DNA of 64,000 nt from Octopus vulgaris (Eukaryota): assembly GCA_951406725.2 (NCBI GenBank), contig OX597833.1, positions 38,440,001 through 38,504,000 on the forward strand, in the 5' to 3' direction. The translations under genes and the position numbers were made by a program. Below the pieces are notes generated by a model. That model worked only from the letters and a program-made list of their open reading frames with translations. It was not told the origin of the DNA and ran no database searches. This document shows, piece after piece, positions 26,732 through 40,121 of the stretch. Each line of letters begins with the position of its first letter. Positions within the stretch are counted from its first letter, which is position 1.

Positions 26732-27362
26732 ACATAAAGACTCATTTGGCATGTTGGCAGCTAGTAAATAGCTAGTACAATAGAAGCCTTTTCAGCCATC
26801 TGTCCACCTCATCAAGGTCAACTGTCCACTACATTGGACCAAGCTTCCTTTACATTTATCAATGTATTTTCTTAGTCTTCTCAATGACAAGCAAAAACCT
26901 GTTCATCTTTGTCCTTCTTCAACTCAAATTAGTAACTTGGTTTTGATGTATGTACTGTTGATAGTGAGGTAGCAGTGAGTTGGTAGTGCTTTGTGTGTTT
27001 CTGTGCCTGTGTTTTTGCATATCTGTCCGTGTATGAATTAGTATTTGCGCGCATGCACGTGTGTGTGTGTTTATTACTATGTTTCTATGTATATGTTGGC
27101 AACTCGGTTTCCTGTGATTCTTGCTATGCCTTGACTTCACACTTGTGTTTACCATCTACAGGTCCTTACATGTTTCAAAAAATCTACCTCTTGGTACTTT
27201 GCATATATATGTATTATGCATGTGTGTGTGTGTGTGTGTGTGTGTGTATGGAGAGAGGGAGAGAGAAAGAGAGAATTCATCTATAATTGATCTTGTTTTA
27301 TTTTTGTTTTGTTTGTTTTCCTATCCCTGTCTCTTGTTTAATTTCCATGACTCCTTTGCAAG

Positions 27363-27435
27363 TAGTTTTGGTACTATTAGTGGAAGAGGAACTGATAGAG
27401 AGAAAAGTGAATTGGAATTAAATTCTAGAGTTTAA
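27363..27435 (+). CDS. Candidate short terminal exon (..SFGTISGRGTDREKSELELNSRV*)
   Basis: Polypyrimidine tract 27295-27357, tandem acceptor caag|tag, purine-rich open frame ending in SRV-stop. Confidence 0.3.
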
Positions 27436-27499
27436 CAAACATTTAGAGATTTCCGTTTGGTAGAGAGATTAACATATATTGTAGTATCGTTGTTGTTGT

Positions 27500-27850
27500 T
27501 ATCATTTAATATCTACATTTCCATGCTATTATGAGTTGGACAGAATTTGTTGAGGCAAATTTTCTACTGCCAGATGCCCTTCCTGTTGCCAACTCCTGTT
27601 CTCCATGACTAGTCATATTCTCATTGAAGAATAGGAATGAAAGACACTGCTTGCATAATGGGGACATTTGTTTACAACAGTCACATGAAGTTGAAACAAA
27701 GAGACAGTGACACACATGCACACATATGATAAGCTTCTTTCAGTTTCTGTTTACCAAATCCACCCACAAGACTTTGGTTGGCCTGGGAATTAACCCAGAA
27801 CCATGTGAGTTGGGAAGCAAACTTCTTACCACTCTGCCATGCTTGCACAT
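27500..27850 (-). mobile_element. Family C fragment plus SINE-A 5' part
   Basis: tttccatgct..cagatgcccttcctgttgccaac; then cttctttcagtttc..ccaaatccac..gggaagcaaacttcttaccac. Confidence 0.65.
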
Positions 27851-28277
27851 ATCATCATGGGTAATAAATTTATAATTTGATCAAATGAGGCCTCTGACAA
27901 ACCAAACCTGACATTGTAGTTTTGTCCTGATTCCATGTCTGAGTTCAAATTTTACAGTTTTTGTCCTGATTCTGTGTTCTGAGTTCAAATTCTCTTGAGA
28001 TCAACTTTGCTTCTCATCATTCTGAAGTTAAAAACAAAATATGAAGTACCTATGAAGCCTTGGAGTCAATTTAGTTGACTAATCTCCTTTCCCCCAAATT
28101 TGATGCTTTGTATGTGTGTTAGAAACTGTTACAACTATTATTGTTTTTATTATTACTCTACCCACCATCCTGAAAAGTAAAGCAAAATAAAACACTTGCC
28201 TAAGCTTGAAGAACTTACCAGGTGCAGATCCATGGTTCTGCAAGACCTATGGAGGCCATGGATGTTACAATAATTAC

Positions 28278-28445
28278 TTAACCCTTTAGCATTTAAACTG
28301 GCCAGATTCAGCCTTGCTCACCTTCCATACTTTCTAAATACAAGCAATCATGTCATTAAAATTTTGAAAGTGCATGATTAATTCAAAACAATATTATTAA
28401 TTAAGCATTACTTTTAATAAAAGAATCTGGATGCTAAAGGGTTAA
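28278..28445. mobile_element. piggyBac-type MITE P1 (short form, perfect ends)
   Basis: ttaaccctttagcat / atgctaaagggttaa, a perfect 15-bp inverted match including TTAA. Confidence 0.9.
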
Positions 28446-28824
28446 AGATGCTGGGTAAAATATTATCTAGCATTTAGTTTGACAGTTAACATTCTGAGTT
28501 CAAATCCTGTTGAGGTTGCTGTAACTTTTCATCCTTCTGGGAGTGGTAAAAACAAGTACCAATCATGTACTGGAGTCAGTATAATTGTATCACCATCATT
28601 GTTTTTATTCTTACTAATATTGGTCTTCATACAAATAGCAGGGCCAGACACTTTGAAACATTTTATTTCCAACACTCATATCAGTTTGTCCTTGTTTTTC
28701 ATCTTCAACATCTGTTAAAACTAATACCTCTAATATTTTCTATCGAAAACATTCCTACTTCTTTGTCACTATATTTTTACTAATAGTCTTGATACTAAGG
28801 CTATGGCACAAAATCAGATTCTGT

Positions 28825-29033
28825 TTAACCTGTTAGCATATAAATGGTCACATCTGGCCCAAATATTCTACCTGTCTTATGCTCAATTTGGCTGGATCTA
28901 ATCTTTCACACTGACCCTGCAATATGATTCTAAAAATAAACAATCACATTATTGAAATCTGGAAGTTATGAAATAATGCATGATGAATTGAAAATACTGT
29001 GAATAAAGAGTCATCTAAATGCTAAAGGGCTAA
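28825..29033. mobile_element. piggyBac-type MITE P1
   Basis: ttaacctgttagcat ... aatgctaaagggctaa. Confidence 0.75.
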
Positions 29034-29125
29034 ACACTGTTTTAGCTGAAATCTTCAAACTTTACTACTCTCTAATCTTATGAATTTCAAATTAAAAGGG
29101 TGGCTTATTAGCAATTATAACCTAA

Positions 29126-29288
29126 AGGCAGAATTAATAGAGGTCACAAAAGTGACAGAGGGTGACTTTTGTCAGTCATTAAGTATAGTGCTTTAAGTGG
29201 CTTTAGAGTGAATTTAACTCTTAGTTTAACATAAGTGGTGCTAGTCAGCACCCTCCATCACTTTTGTGAGCTCTGTTAATTTTGCCTA
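29126..29288. mobile_element. Small MITE with ~39-bp terminal inverted repeats
   Basis: aggcagaattaatagaggtcacaaaagtgacagagggtg vs caccctccatcacttttgtgagctctgttaattttgcct. Confidence 0.7.
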
Positions 29289-29339
29289 TATATGTACACA
29301 CACACACACACACACATTGCATGAACTAAAAGTCAGAGG

Positions 29340-30510
29340 GATACAGGATAAACTATCTGCATCAACTTGTTATAAAAGCAGGTAGTAATTTTACCTTGTA
29401 TTTATTCTTAGTGCAAGCTTTGAAGAGTGCAGTTCAATTTTAACAGTTATTTTTTTCAAAGCTATAATGTGACAAAGGAACATATTTGGCATTATGGGTT
29501 CAACAAAGGCAACGACACAATAGAAAGTGCAAGGAATATTAATGCAGTATATGGGGATCGGACAATAAGCGTAAGCCAATGTCAACGGTGGTTCCAGAAA
29601 TTCTGAACCAGGAATTACAGCCTAGAAGATGAACATCATCCTGGAATATCTGTAGAGCTCAACGAGGACATCCTGAAAAACCTGGTGGAATGAAATCTCA
29701 TTATATCTATTGAGGAACTAGTAGAGAAGCTTGGATTTGGTCATTCAACCATTCATTGACACCTGTGTGCTGTCGGAAAAGTCAACAAATTAGGTCAATG
29801 GTTCCTCACAAATGTTCCAAGTCTAATTACGTGCTCTTCTTTGGTGTCATGTCTCAAGAATGATCTTTTTTGGACTGAATAGTGACAAGAAATAGGTTCT
29901 CTAAAAATGTCAAGTGATGAAGACAGTGGGTAGGGAAAGGAGAAACATCAGAACCCCAGGCTAAAGAAGGTCTTCATCCACATAAGGTGTTGTTATCTGT
30001 TTGATGGGATATGAAATGTTTAGTTCACTCTGAACTTTTAAACCCAAACCAAACAATAACAAAGGAAATTTACTGCGAGCAGCTTAAGTCAGCGCTAGAA
30101 GGAAAATGACTATCTTTAGTTTCAAGATAAAAGGTGTTCTTCCATCAGGAAGCCACATGCAACAAGGATGACATTCCAAAGGCCGGAGCAGTTTGAAAAG
30201 AAAACAATGCCCTGCCCACTATATTCACCAGACATTGCTCCATCTGATTGTCATCTATTCCACAGTCTTCAAAATCATTTGGACGGAAAAAATATGAATT
30301 GTATAGACAAGGTCAGAACAGTACTGGAGGAGTATTATTCGTTATGGACAAGTGAATTTTGGAAGAGAGGCCTTGCAAGCATATCAGTTAGATGGAAGAG
30401 CATTGTAGAAAATGGAGTATATTTTGAATTAAAAAAGAAGTTTATTTATCTTAATTTTAAAAAATAAAATAAATATACAAAAAGCACATTATTTATGGGA
30501 TGACTCAATT
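29340..30510 (+). mobile_element. Decayed mariner transposon (DD34D transposase pseudogene)
   Basis: AVYGDRTISVSQCQRWFQKF (HTH region), LGQW(V)PH, YSPDIAPSDCHLFHSLQNHL motif; 3' TIR-like cattatttatgggatgactcaat at ~30487-30509; stops and frameshifts. Confidence 0.92.
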
Positions 30511-31110
30511 TATATATACCCACATACATATTCTAATATACATATATGCCTCTTAACCTTTGCATGTACACACATATATGCATACCCACACACATACATA
30601 TACAAATATATGCATATACATACACATGTACACATCTACACCACATACACCCACACACACATACCTACACACACACACACACAAACACACATACTCTGAC
30701 TCGCTTAACCAGCAGGGTGGTGTCATTTGGAGGTTAAAACAATGTGAAGCGCATTGTGACCAGTGATGTGTAGCAACATCTGATAGCCTGGTCGGTCATG
30801 TGATCATGTGTGATATATATATACACTCACACACATACATATCTCAATACACACACACACACACACACACATGCATACACGTATATAACTGTACTAACAT
30901 GCTCATGTACAGGCATGTGTATGTATGCATACACATATATATGTACACACTCATACATACATGTATGCATACACCTTCACACACACATATGCACATAAAC
31001 ATATAAGAGAGTGTACATCCATACAAACATTTTTATATATATTTTTATATATACACATAAATACATGCACACACAAACATACACACAAAGAGAGAAAGAG
31101 AGAGAGAGAA
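30511..31110. repeat. CA/TA-rich compound microsatellite with an embedded ~105-bp repeat fragment (30705-30810)
   Basis: Read directly; embedded segment matches 59260-59380. Confidence 0.85.
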
Positions 31111-31199
31111 AGCAAAAGGGAGGGAAAAGCATCTGCATATAACTTTTTGGATGCAGAAAATAATATGTAAAAGAGTATATATTCATATGTAGCTTTCAT

Positions 31200-33380
31200 T
31201 ATTCAGGCAATGTTTGATTCGTGTCTCTCTGTGGGATGGTAGTTTTTGATTGTTGTCTTTCTTGGGATGGTAATTTTGGTGATTTTAGTATTATTTTTGG
31301 TTCAGTTTTGGTTGGTGTTTTTGAAAAAAATATTCTTCCTTGGCCTTACAGAAATGTTCATTTTCTGTCCATAGTTTGACGAAAGGGAATCTTTTGTATT
31401 TTCTTTTCTCACATTTATTGAAGTGTTCACTGCAAGTTATGTTTCTAACAGAGGAATCATGGATTTGTTGTTTATGTATCCTTACTCACTCATATTATCC
31501 AATGCCCATTTCACCAATGTAGTACTCTTTGCATTCAGGGCATGTGACACAGTAAATTAGGTTTTTGGATTTGCAATTTATATTTGCATTTATTTTTAAA
31601 ACATCTTTAAAAGTAATTTGTTCTCTTTCTTCCATGTAATCACATGTTCTACAATGAGGGTCACCACATTTTTGAACTCTCTTTGTTGTTTCTCTAGTTG
31701 TAACTCTTGCTTGAGTTAAGAGCTTTTTAGGTTGGGTGCTTGACATCTGCTATAAATTATTTTTGAATCTGTTAATTTGTTCATTTTTAATGATTGTTAA
31801 AGAACTGGGAGGTACCTTTTTGCAGTATTGATGATGTCATGATTTCTTGGGTTGTAGGTGATGACAAAAAGAATGCTTATGAGTTCATTTTTATTTTTGT
31901 GTGTTTGTTTTCCTCTGAGGTCAGTAGTTGGAATGTCTTTTGCTTTGGTGATTGCTGTGTCAATTTAGTGGGATACTTTTGTTCTTTTAGAAATATTTTT
32001 AATTCTTATAATCTTTTCTCCCTTAATTTTGCATCTGTTACTATAGTGCAAATTTGTTTTGCAATATTAACAGGTATGTTTCTTTTGGTGTGTGAGGGAT
32101 GGGAGGAATGAAAGTTCAAATATTGGTGTGTCTCTGTAGGTTTGTAGAAGAGATCTGTTTTATGGTATTATCTTGTTTAATTAGAAATATGTCTAATTTG
32201 AAACCAGTCTATGTATCATAATATTTTTATCCTCATTTTGGTTTAGCTTCTCGTGTTGGTCATTAAGTTGTTCCAAAACCATATCTCTGTAATGGTTCTT
32301 GTCCATGATAGTTGTTGCTCCACCTTTGTCAGCTTCTTTGAAAATTATCGAAGAGTCTTTTTAAAATTTATTCATGCTTCCAACAGATCTTAAGGTATGT
32401 TGGATTTACATTTCTTCTCCATTGCATTAGATGGAGCTGATCATCATAGGTAGCTAATATATTCTTCTGAGTTTTTGTCTCTATTTAAGATAGATCTGAA
32501 TTCTGTTCTGTTTTTAACCAGTGATTGTGTATACAGTATTAAGAAAAAAATTCTCTCAATCATAATTTTCGGCAAAATTCTTGTGTCTTTTATGAGTTCA
32601 GCTTGCTTGGATTTTGGAGTGGGTGTAAATTTCAATCCATTTTCTAGGATCTTAATTTCTTAGTGGATAAATTTAGTATTTTTGGTTTGCTTATGTGTTT
32701 GTTTTCTGTGTCTCATGAAGAATGGTGCTATTTTTTCTTTTTTTTTTTTTGGTGGTTGATCTCCTGTCTTAAAAAATGATTTCCATTGGAATTAGGAGTG
32801 TTTTGCATTTCTCTGTATGAAAACATTTTAGGTTGGTTATTCATAGGTAAGTATGTTCTTGGTTGTTGGATTGGGGGTTGACTCATTATTCTATTGTTGT
32901 TCCATGTGGTTTGTTTGGGTCTATAATTTGGTCTCTGGCAAGTCCTGTTTTATCTTTGGTTAGGGTTCTTTGTTCTATTATTTCTTGTTATATCTGCATA
33001 TGATCACAAATTTGTGTTTCTTAGAGGACGGAGGTATCTGTTTATTTTGTGGGAAAATTTCCTTTCTTTTGGTGTTGTCTCGAGGTCTCAGGGTTGTCAT
33101 AAACAGGTCAGTGTTTAGGTTTTATCTGGTTTTTCCCATAGGTGTTTTTGTATTCTTGTAGCCAGAAGATTTTTGATTCCAAGGTCTTACTCTTTGTCTC
33201 TTCATGTCTAGAAGTTTTTTTCAGGGGGGGGGGGATACTTCCACTGCTTCTTTTGTTAATTTCTTCATGTATATAGGTGTCATATTTTTCAAATTTCTTT
33301 TGGAAGTTTGTTGCTCTAAGGCAGAGTAGTGTGATTACTGCTTCAAATCTCTAGTGCTAAATTGAGGTGAATTTGTTTCT
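31200..33380 (-). mobile_element. Decayed Penelope-like retroelement (RT remnants plus GIY-YIG endonuclease)
   Basis: KFTPTP N-terminal motif (~32630), ADKGG motif (~32320-32335), thumb TDLFYKPTETHQYLNFHSSHP (~32100-32160), Cys cluster CGDPHCRTC and NLIYCVTCPECKEYYIGE (31495-31746). Confidence 0.9.
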
Positions 33381-33384
33381 TCAA

Positions 33385-33730
33385 TCGATCAACATCAATG
33401 GAAATTGTAGCTGTGATACCAGTGCCGGTGGCACGTAAGAGAACCATCTGAACGTGGCCGTTGCCAGCGCCGCCCCGACTGGCCTCCGTGCCGGTGGCAC
33501 GTAAAAAGCATCATCCGATCATGGCCGTTTGCCAGCCTCGTCTGGCACCTGTGCAGGTGGCACGTAAAAAGCACCCACTACACTCACGGAGTGGTTGGCG
33601 TTAGGAAGGGCATCCAGCTGTAGAAACACTGCCAGATCAGACTGGGCCTGGCGCAGCCTTCTGGCTTCCCAGACCCCAGTTGAACCATCCAACCCATGCT
33701 AGCATGGAAAACGGACGTTAAACAATGATA
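33385..33730 (+). mobile_element. RTE 3' UTR insertion with three repeat units
   Basis: acatcaatggaaattgtagctgtgatacc + three gtgc(c/a)ggtggcacgtaa motifs + ggaagggcatccagctgtag..ggacgttaaac; same family as 14568-15357. Confidence 0.9.
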
Positions 33731-35497
33731 AAATTTCATATCAAAGAAATAACATCATCATCATCATCATCATCATCAGACGTTAAACGATGATGATGAT
33801 GATGATGTTATTTCTTTGATATGAAATTTTCTTGGGAGTATTACTTCTCTGCTCCTCCACCATTCATATGTGTTGGCTAGGTTTTCATTTCTTAGAGCTT
33901 TCCTATATGCTTGTTTTCTTTTATTTGATATACTGTGTGTGCATGTATGTCTGAATAGGTGACCTCACATCAGTAAGCACCCCACTGGTCATTTTTTGAC
34001 AAGTCATAACAGTATTGGCCACTCCAAAATATTCCATTTCTTTATTCTTGACTCTCCTTCCCCCTCTATTCACAATTGCTATTAGTCTTATCTTTATTCT
34101 TATCTTTATATTTATTTTTAGCTTTATTTCATTTACTTATTTTTTCCACTTCTTTCTTCCTTGATCTTCTTTTTAAACACATAAGCTTTTATATTTTTAA
34201 AAAATATATATTTTTGTTATTTAAGCAACTAGTAAAACAAACATTTTTCAGTTTGAAAACAGCTATTTGATGCTTGAAACTCATCAGTCACTCACTGTAA
34301 ACATTATTATTAAAATAAAAAATTACCCTAAAAAAAGACATCTCTACTCATTTTCTCATATATATATATAAATATATATTAAGGGAGGGCACATTATTGT
34401 TTGTGCTTTCCTTTTTAAAACAGGATATGGTGTGAGGGTGATTTGTGATTTAGCTAATAGGTCAAACTGTTACAGAGGTTTATCTGGTTCATTAAGAATA
34501 TGGTAGACTTGTAAGGAGTGAGTGCAGGCTATAGCACTGATGAAGAAACTTTCCAGCTAACCAGATCTGTAGCATATGATAGGCATCCGGGTCATTGCTC
34601 TTTCTTCTCATACTTACAGTATCCACTTTTAGGTACCACCTTTGAAGGGGATGCATTCCACTTACTCTTGGCACACCAAAACTACATTCAAATGAAAATC
34701 CTTGTTGAAAACTCAGTGGATCACAGTTTTTCATGATTGTGCATTTGCTGTATTGGTCATCTTGTGACTTTTCCATCTCGGTGTCATTGGCTTGTTTATA
34801 TCTCTTTAGCTCAAAACAGCCTAAGATGTCTCATTTGTTTTAACTCTGACTGTATCAACTCTCTCTGACACAAAACACCAATAAGTCTACATGAATTGAT
34901 ATGAATATATTTGATTATACCATTTTCATTAATTGCTTCCCATCTTTGCTTCCTTTATTCCTAGTCTTAAAGTTTGGTGTACAATTAACTTAATGTATTG
35001 ACTATTTTTATGGTATTCTTTTCTTGCATCTGTCTTGGCAAGGGATTCAGTCAGAGATTGATTTCTATCTTAAGTACAAAACCACAAATTTTTGAGGGGT
35101 GGGGAAAAGGGATAGTTGATTTTATTAACCACAGTTGTTGATTGATGTTTTTATTGAACTTTGTTAGGTCAACTTCAGCGATATATATCATTGCATCTTA
35201 ATAGGTCACAACTGGCCATTAGTAAACCTGCATATTAACTGAATTCCTTCCTTTACCATTATTCTTGTTATATGAATTCTTTTATCATATGTCTATATCC
35301 AGGCAGCACATTTTCTCTAGAGTGACATTGCAGAATAGAGAGCATCAATGTTTTAGTTGTAGTGGTATAAAATAGATTTTGATGTAATTTATTGCAGAAT
35401 GATTCAACATGCAAATAGCTAACATCTTTCGCAGCATACAAACAACAACATTCTATGGTGTTGTTCAATACTGGATCACAATTTAGTCTGACAAATT

Positions 35498-35706
35498 TTA
35501 ACACTTTAACATTCAGATTACTCTATGAAATGTAATACTTATTTGTTCACATTGTTTTGAATTAATCATGTATTAACTTGTAGCTTTGAGATTTCAGTGA
35601 TGTGATTGTTTAATTTTAGAATGATATTGTAAGGTTGGTGCGCTGGATCTGGCTGACTTGAACATAAAACAGGCAGATATGACTGGTTTAAATGTTATAA
35701 GGTTAA
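35498..35706. mobile_element. piggyBac-type MITE P1
   Basis: ttaacactttaacattcagattactc ... aatgttataagg-ttaa. Confidence 0.75.
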
Positions 35707-35789
35707 ATATATTTATCTTTCAGCATCTACTCAAAAAGAAATGCTTTTTCTTATAATCATCATGCTTTCCATCAATAATTTCCTGAAAT

Positions 35790-36118
35790 CATAGTTGTAA
35801 CTGGTGCCTGTGCTGGTGGCCCGTAAAAAGTATCCCGTAAAAAGCGACTAACCCCTTTGGCAATATACTATGCTTGAGAAGACCTGTCAAGCCAAGTGAG
35901 AGTGCAGTTGAGGCTAATGCCAATGTTTCATAACTGGCACCTGTGCTGGTGGCATGTAAAAAGCACCCACTACACTCTTGGAGTGGTTGGCATTAGGAAG
36001 GCTATCCAACTGTAGAAACCATGCTAAATCAGATTGGAATGTGGTGCAGCTTACCAGTTTTCAGTTAAACTGTCCAACCTATGCTAGCATGGAAAATGAA
36101 TGTTTGATAATGATGATA
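35790..36118 (+). mobile_element. RTE 3' UTR-related element (family C)
   Basis: ctgtgctggtggcatgtaaaaagcacccactacactcttggagtggttggcattaggaagg..(gat)n. Confidence 0.8.
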
Positions 36119-37597
36119 GTTTCTGCTGTACGGGTGCACTTTCATCTTCCTGAGGTTTGTGCAGTCTTTTGAGAGTGTAACGTTGTGTAGATGTTTTGCT
36201 TTTGTTACGTCTGGTGTTACTTTAGCGTTTAATCTGTTTGTTGAGGAATATGTTCAATGTGAGTTGTCATTTCATTGGGTGATGATGATTGTGTCTTGTA
36301 TGTGCTGTGTGAAATGTGTTGCCAGGGAATTGATTGGTTATATAGGATCTGAGTTGTCAATGCTTTAATATCAGAAGTTGGTTTTGTTGTATCATTTTAT
36401 TAGGAGGTGATAGTATATTAGGTTACATTGTTTTGTGTGAGTTGTGTTCTTTTATTAGGTGGTGATTATCTTAGGTGTGTGGTATGCACAGAAAACACTA
36501 TTTAAATTGATATTTTTAAACTGAATGTAAAATTATGATCCCTTTGTTTTCATTAAAGTTCTTTTCATCATTCCTAGTGCTCCAAATGCTACTTATTTCA
36601 ATTTTAAGATCTTTGTACCTTAGCAGTTTCTCAACTTCCTTCCAGACTATGTTTTAGTCAGAAGGCATTGGGATGCCTGTCAGAGTACAGAAACGTTCAT
36701 CCCTGTCTTCATTAATTATATCTGGACAAGTAAAAAATATTTTGTACTACTTTAATTATTTATTTATTTTTTATCTAAATATTCTTAAATATGCTAATAG
36801 GTGAATTTTGTCTTTTTTTTTATCCTTTTGTGATCAATAAGCAAAGTATTAGTCAGAGCAATAGACTGGTGGAATTGTTAGGATACTGGACAAGCTGTTT
36901 TGCAGTGTCTGCTACAACTATGAACAATTCCTTTATGAGTCCAATAATGGAGCCTCTAGGTAACTACTACATATCTTAGTAACAGTAGTCAAATTTCCCT
37001 CATAACTTAAAAGGTTAAGACATTGGATATTGTAGTCAGTCCTAGATATGCTGTGTCTCAATAAAAAGCTAGATTGTCACAGAACAGTTTTGGTCACAAA
37101 GCTCTACTGGATCAGGATAACAGCAATCAACAACTTTGCCAGTAGAGGAAATCATCACCACCACCATCACTGCATGTATTAGTATCATCAGCACCACTAC
37201 TTCAATAAAAAAAAATCACAAAAATAAACAATCATCATTACTCTCATAACTGCTAATGTCACCATCGCTACCATCATCAGCACCATCACACCACCACACC
37301 TGCTTGGCAACATTGACATCAGTTAACACTTATGCTTTCATTTAAAGTGATGGAGTTGGTGGTGATGAAGAGGAAGAGGATTGTGATGATACTGATGAAG
37401 ACTAATGATGATGATGACGGTTATGATTGAGTGCAGCAAAATAGTTTTATGATTGGTTATCTTCTCTAATATTTATGGTTCCGATTAATCTTTATTTTTT
37501 TGTTTCTTTTTCTTTCCCTATATGTGGCCTTGATTATTTTTATCATGGCTTCATGTTATCTAAGTGGTGTGTGCGTCTCATTTGCACACATACATTT

Positions 37598-37631
<34 letters not shown>

Positions 37632-37636
37632 CTGCA

Positions 37637-37677
<41 letters not shown>

Positions 37678-37842
37678 CTGCACTTTAGCATATAAAGCTT
37701 TCTTTTTCTCTTACCTCTTTCTTTCACTTTCTCTTTTTCTTTGTATCATTCCTTTCGCACTTGCACACGCTTGCAGACTTCGCATTGCATGCACACGCAT
37801 GTGTCTGTGTTTGTGTAGTTAAGTGGAAGTTAAGACGATATA

Positions 37843-38040
37843 ATGGTTTCAGATTTTGGCACAAGGTTTGGAATTTCAAGGGGAGGTGGTGGTGGTGGTG
37901 AAGTTGACTACATTGACCAGTGTTCAACTGGTACTTATTCTATCAACCTCAGCTGAATTTGAACTCAGAACATAAAGAACTGGAAGAAATGCTGCTAACC
38001 ATTTTGTTTGACCCACTAACAATTCTACAAACTCACCATT
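37843..38040 (-). mobile_element. SINE family B (internally deleted)
   Basis: ttttggcacaagg..cagtgttcaactggtactta..gaatttgaactcagaac. Confidence 0.7.
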
Positions 38041-38109
38041 TTAAGTTAACATACTACAATGACACAACATTAAGTATGTTAATGTTATTCCACCTCCACT
38101 CCGCTTCTA

Positions 38110-38515
38110 TCTTTTATCTTTTAATTGTTTCATTCATTTGTCTGTGGCCGTGCTGGGGCACTGCCTTGAGGGGTTTTAGTTGAACAAATCAACCCTAAGC
38201 CTTATTTTAAAAAATCTTGTGCTTATTCTGTTGGTCTCTTTTGCTGAACTGCTAAGTCATGGGAATGTAAACACACCAACACCGGTTATCAAGCAGTGGT
38301 CAGAGAATAAAGTCAGAAACAAGATATACATATATAGATAGAAATATAACACACACACACACACACACACAAGGGGGTTTCTTTCTGTTTTGGTCCACCA
38401 AACCCACTCATAAAGCTCTGGTCAGCCTGAGGCTATAGTAAAAGACATTTGCCCAAGGTGTTACACAATGGGTGTGAACCTAGAACAATGTAGTTAGGAA
38501 GCATCTTACTACACA
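38110..38515 (-). mobile_element. SINE family A
   Basis: ttgtttcattcattt..gctgaactgctaag..cactcataaagct..tttgcccaaggtg. Confidence 0.8.
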
Positions 38516-38942
38516 ACCCGCAGAAAATGTCCCTCGTTAATTTCATCATCATCTGTTTTTATTTGGTGTGTGTGTTTGAGGGAGGGGAGACAAAGTGGAG
38601 GAGGTTACTCTTTTTTTCTCTTTATCTTTTGTTATTTTGTCTGAAGAAGATAAGACAGGTTTTAAAGTTCTCTTAAGCAAGAAAATATTTTTTAGTTTTC
38701 TTTTAGGCCTGTGTATTTCCTGAGTGAATTGATATGAATAACCAGGCATGGTTAGTACAGTGAATATTGAACTTTGCAATAGTTGTGAGAGTGGAATATT
38801 ATTTTGTTTGCTGTGTAAGGAGGCGGTTCCTTTTCTAAAACTTGAGAGAGAAACTTCTTTATAGATAGAAGTAATATTCCATATCTTTTGGAGTTTTATA
38901 CATATATGAAGCATGGCATCCACAGAATATGCAGAAAAGAAA

Positions 38943-39042
38943 NNNNNNNNNNNNNNNNNNNNNNNNNNNNNNNNNNNNNNNNNNNNNNNNNNNNNNNNNN
39001 NNNNNNNNNNNNNNNNNNNNNNNNNNNNNNNNNNNNNNNNNN
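38943..39042. other. Assembly gap (100 N)
   Basis: Run of exactly 100 N, probably an unknown-size placeholder. Confidence 0.99.
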
Positions 39043-39046
39043 ATTA

Positions 39047-39087
<41 letters not shown>

Positions 39088-40121
39088 TGTACATACATAC
39101 ATACATACATACACACATACACACATACACGTATATATAGTCCACTCTGCTGAGTGGTTGGTGTTAGGTAGGGCATCCAGCTGTAAAATTCCTGCCTAAA
39201 CAATTACAGAAGTCTGGTGCAGGCTTCTGCCTGGCCAACTTTTATCGAACTGTTCCATCCATCTCTTTCCAATATATATTCTGTATGTAACACATACCTT
39301 TACAAATGATTTTGTCTTGATGAAAACCATAGTAATAAATATCTATATATATATATATATATAAAAAGTATAAAGTAAAAGAGTCAAAAGGAAAAGTAAG
39401 AGCAGCTTCGTTAATTATCACTACAAATGTTTTGATACATATGGATCCCATTATATACAGGATTTAAATTTAAATTTAAATTAAATTATGTAACGATTTA
39501 CCTGTATATAAGAAGATTTATATATGTATCTTCTCAGATGATATTTAATTGCTGTCTCCGTAAGTAAATCTAGATTCCCATGCTACAACATCCATGGTGC
39601 CTTTGAAACTATACAGGTTTAGATTATAAGTACATATAAACCACGGAAGGATAAAAATATCCAAGATGAAACTGATTGAATACCTAACAATATAGGCACA
39701 TACACATGGTTTAATATATATAGATAGATATAAATGATAATAAGGAGTATGATAAAGTAGAATTTCATGAATGTTAATTTACATTTTGATTAAATATAGC
39801 TTAATATTGACCTACATATGGTTCCACTACATCAGTTAGTAACTGTTGTAATTGCAACTTCACTATTATACCAGAGTAATTTCTTCAGGGTCTTCACTGC
39901 AATATCCTTTCAGATTGAATTGGTTAGAATTTCATGTTAATTTTAGTATTGCATTAGATGAAGTGGTTTTGATTGTTAATTACGACCTGAATTTTATTTT
40001 GCATTCCAAGTATTGGTTTGATAATTATTTATTCGCTTCATAGATTCAGTTATTTCAAAGCATTTCATTTCATGTATATGTTATAGTTGTTTGATTATTT
40101 TAAACTTATTTATAGTGTTTA

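Noticed and set aside
30168-30467. Domesticated SETMAR-like gene
   Set aside because: Only the C-terminal piece is open; upstream transposase has several stops and frameshifts and no SET domain is visible
38888-39199. ORFs spanning the N run
   Set aside because: Artefact of the assembly gap and adjacent microsatellite
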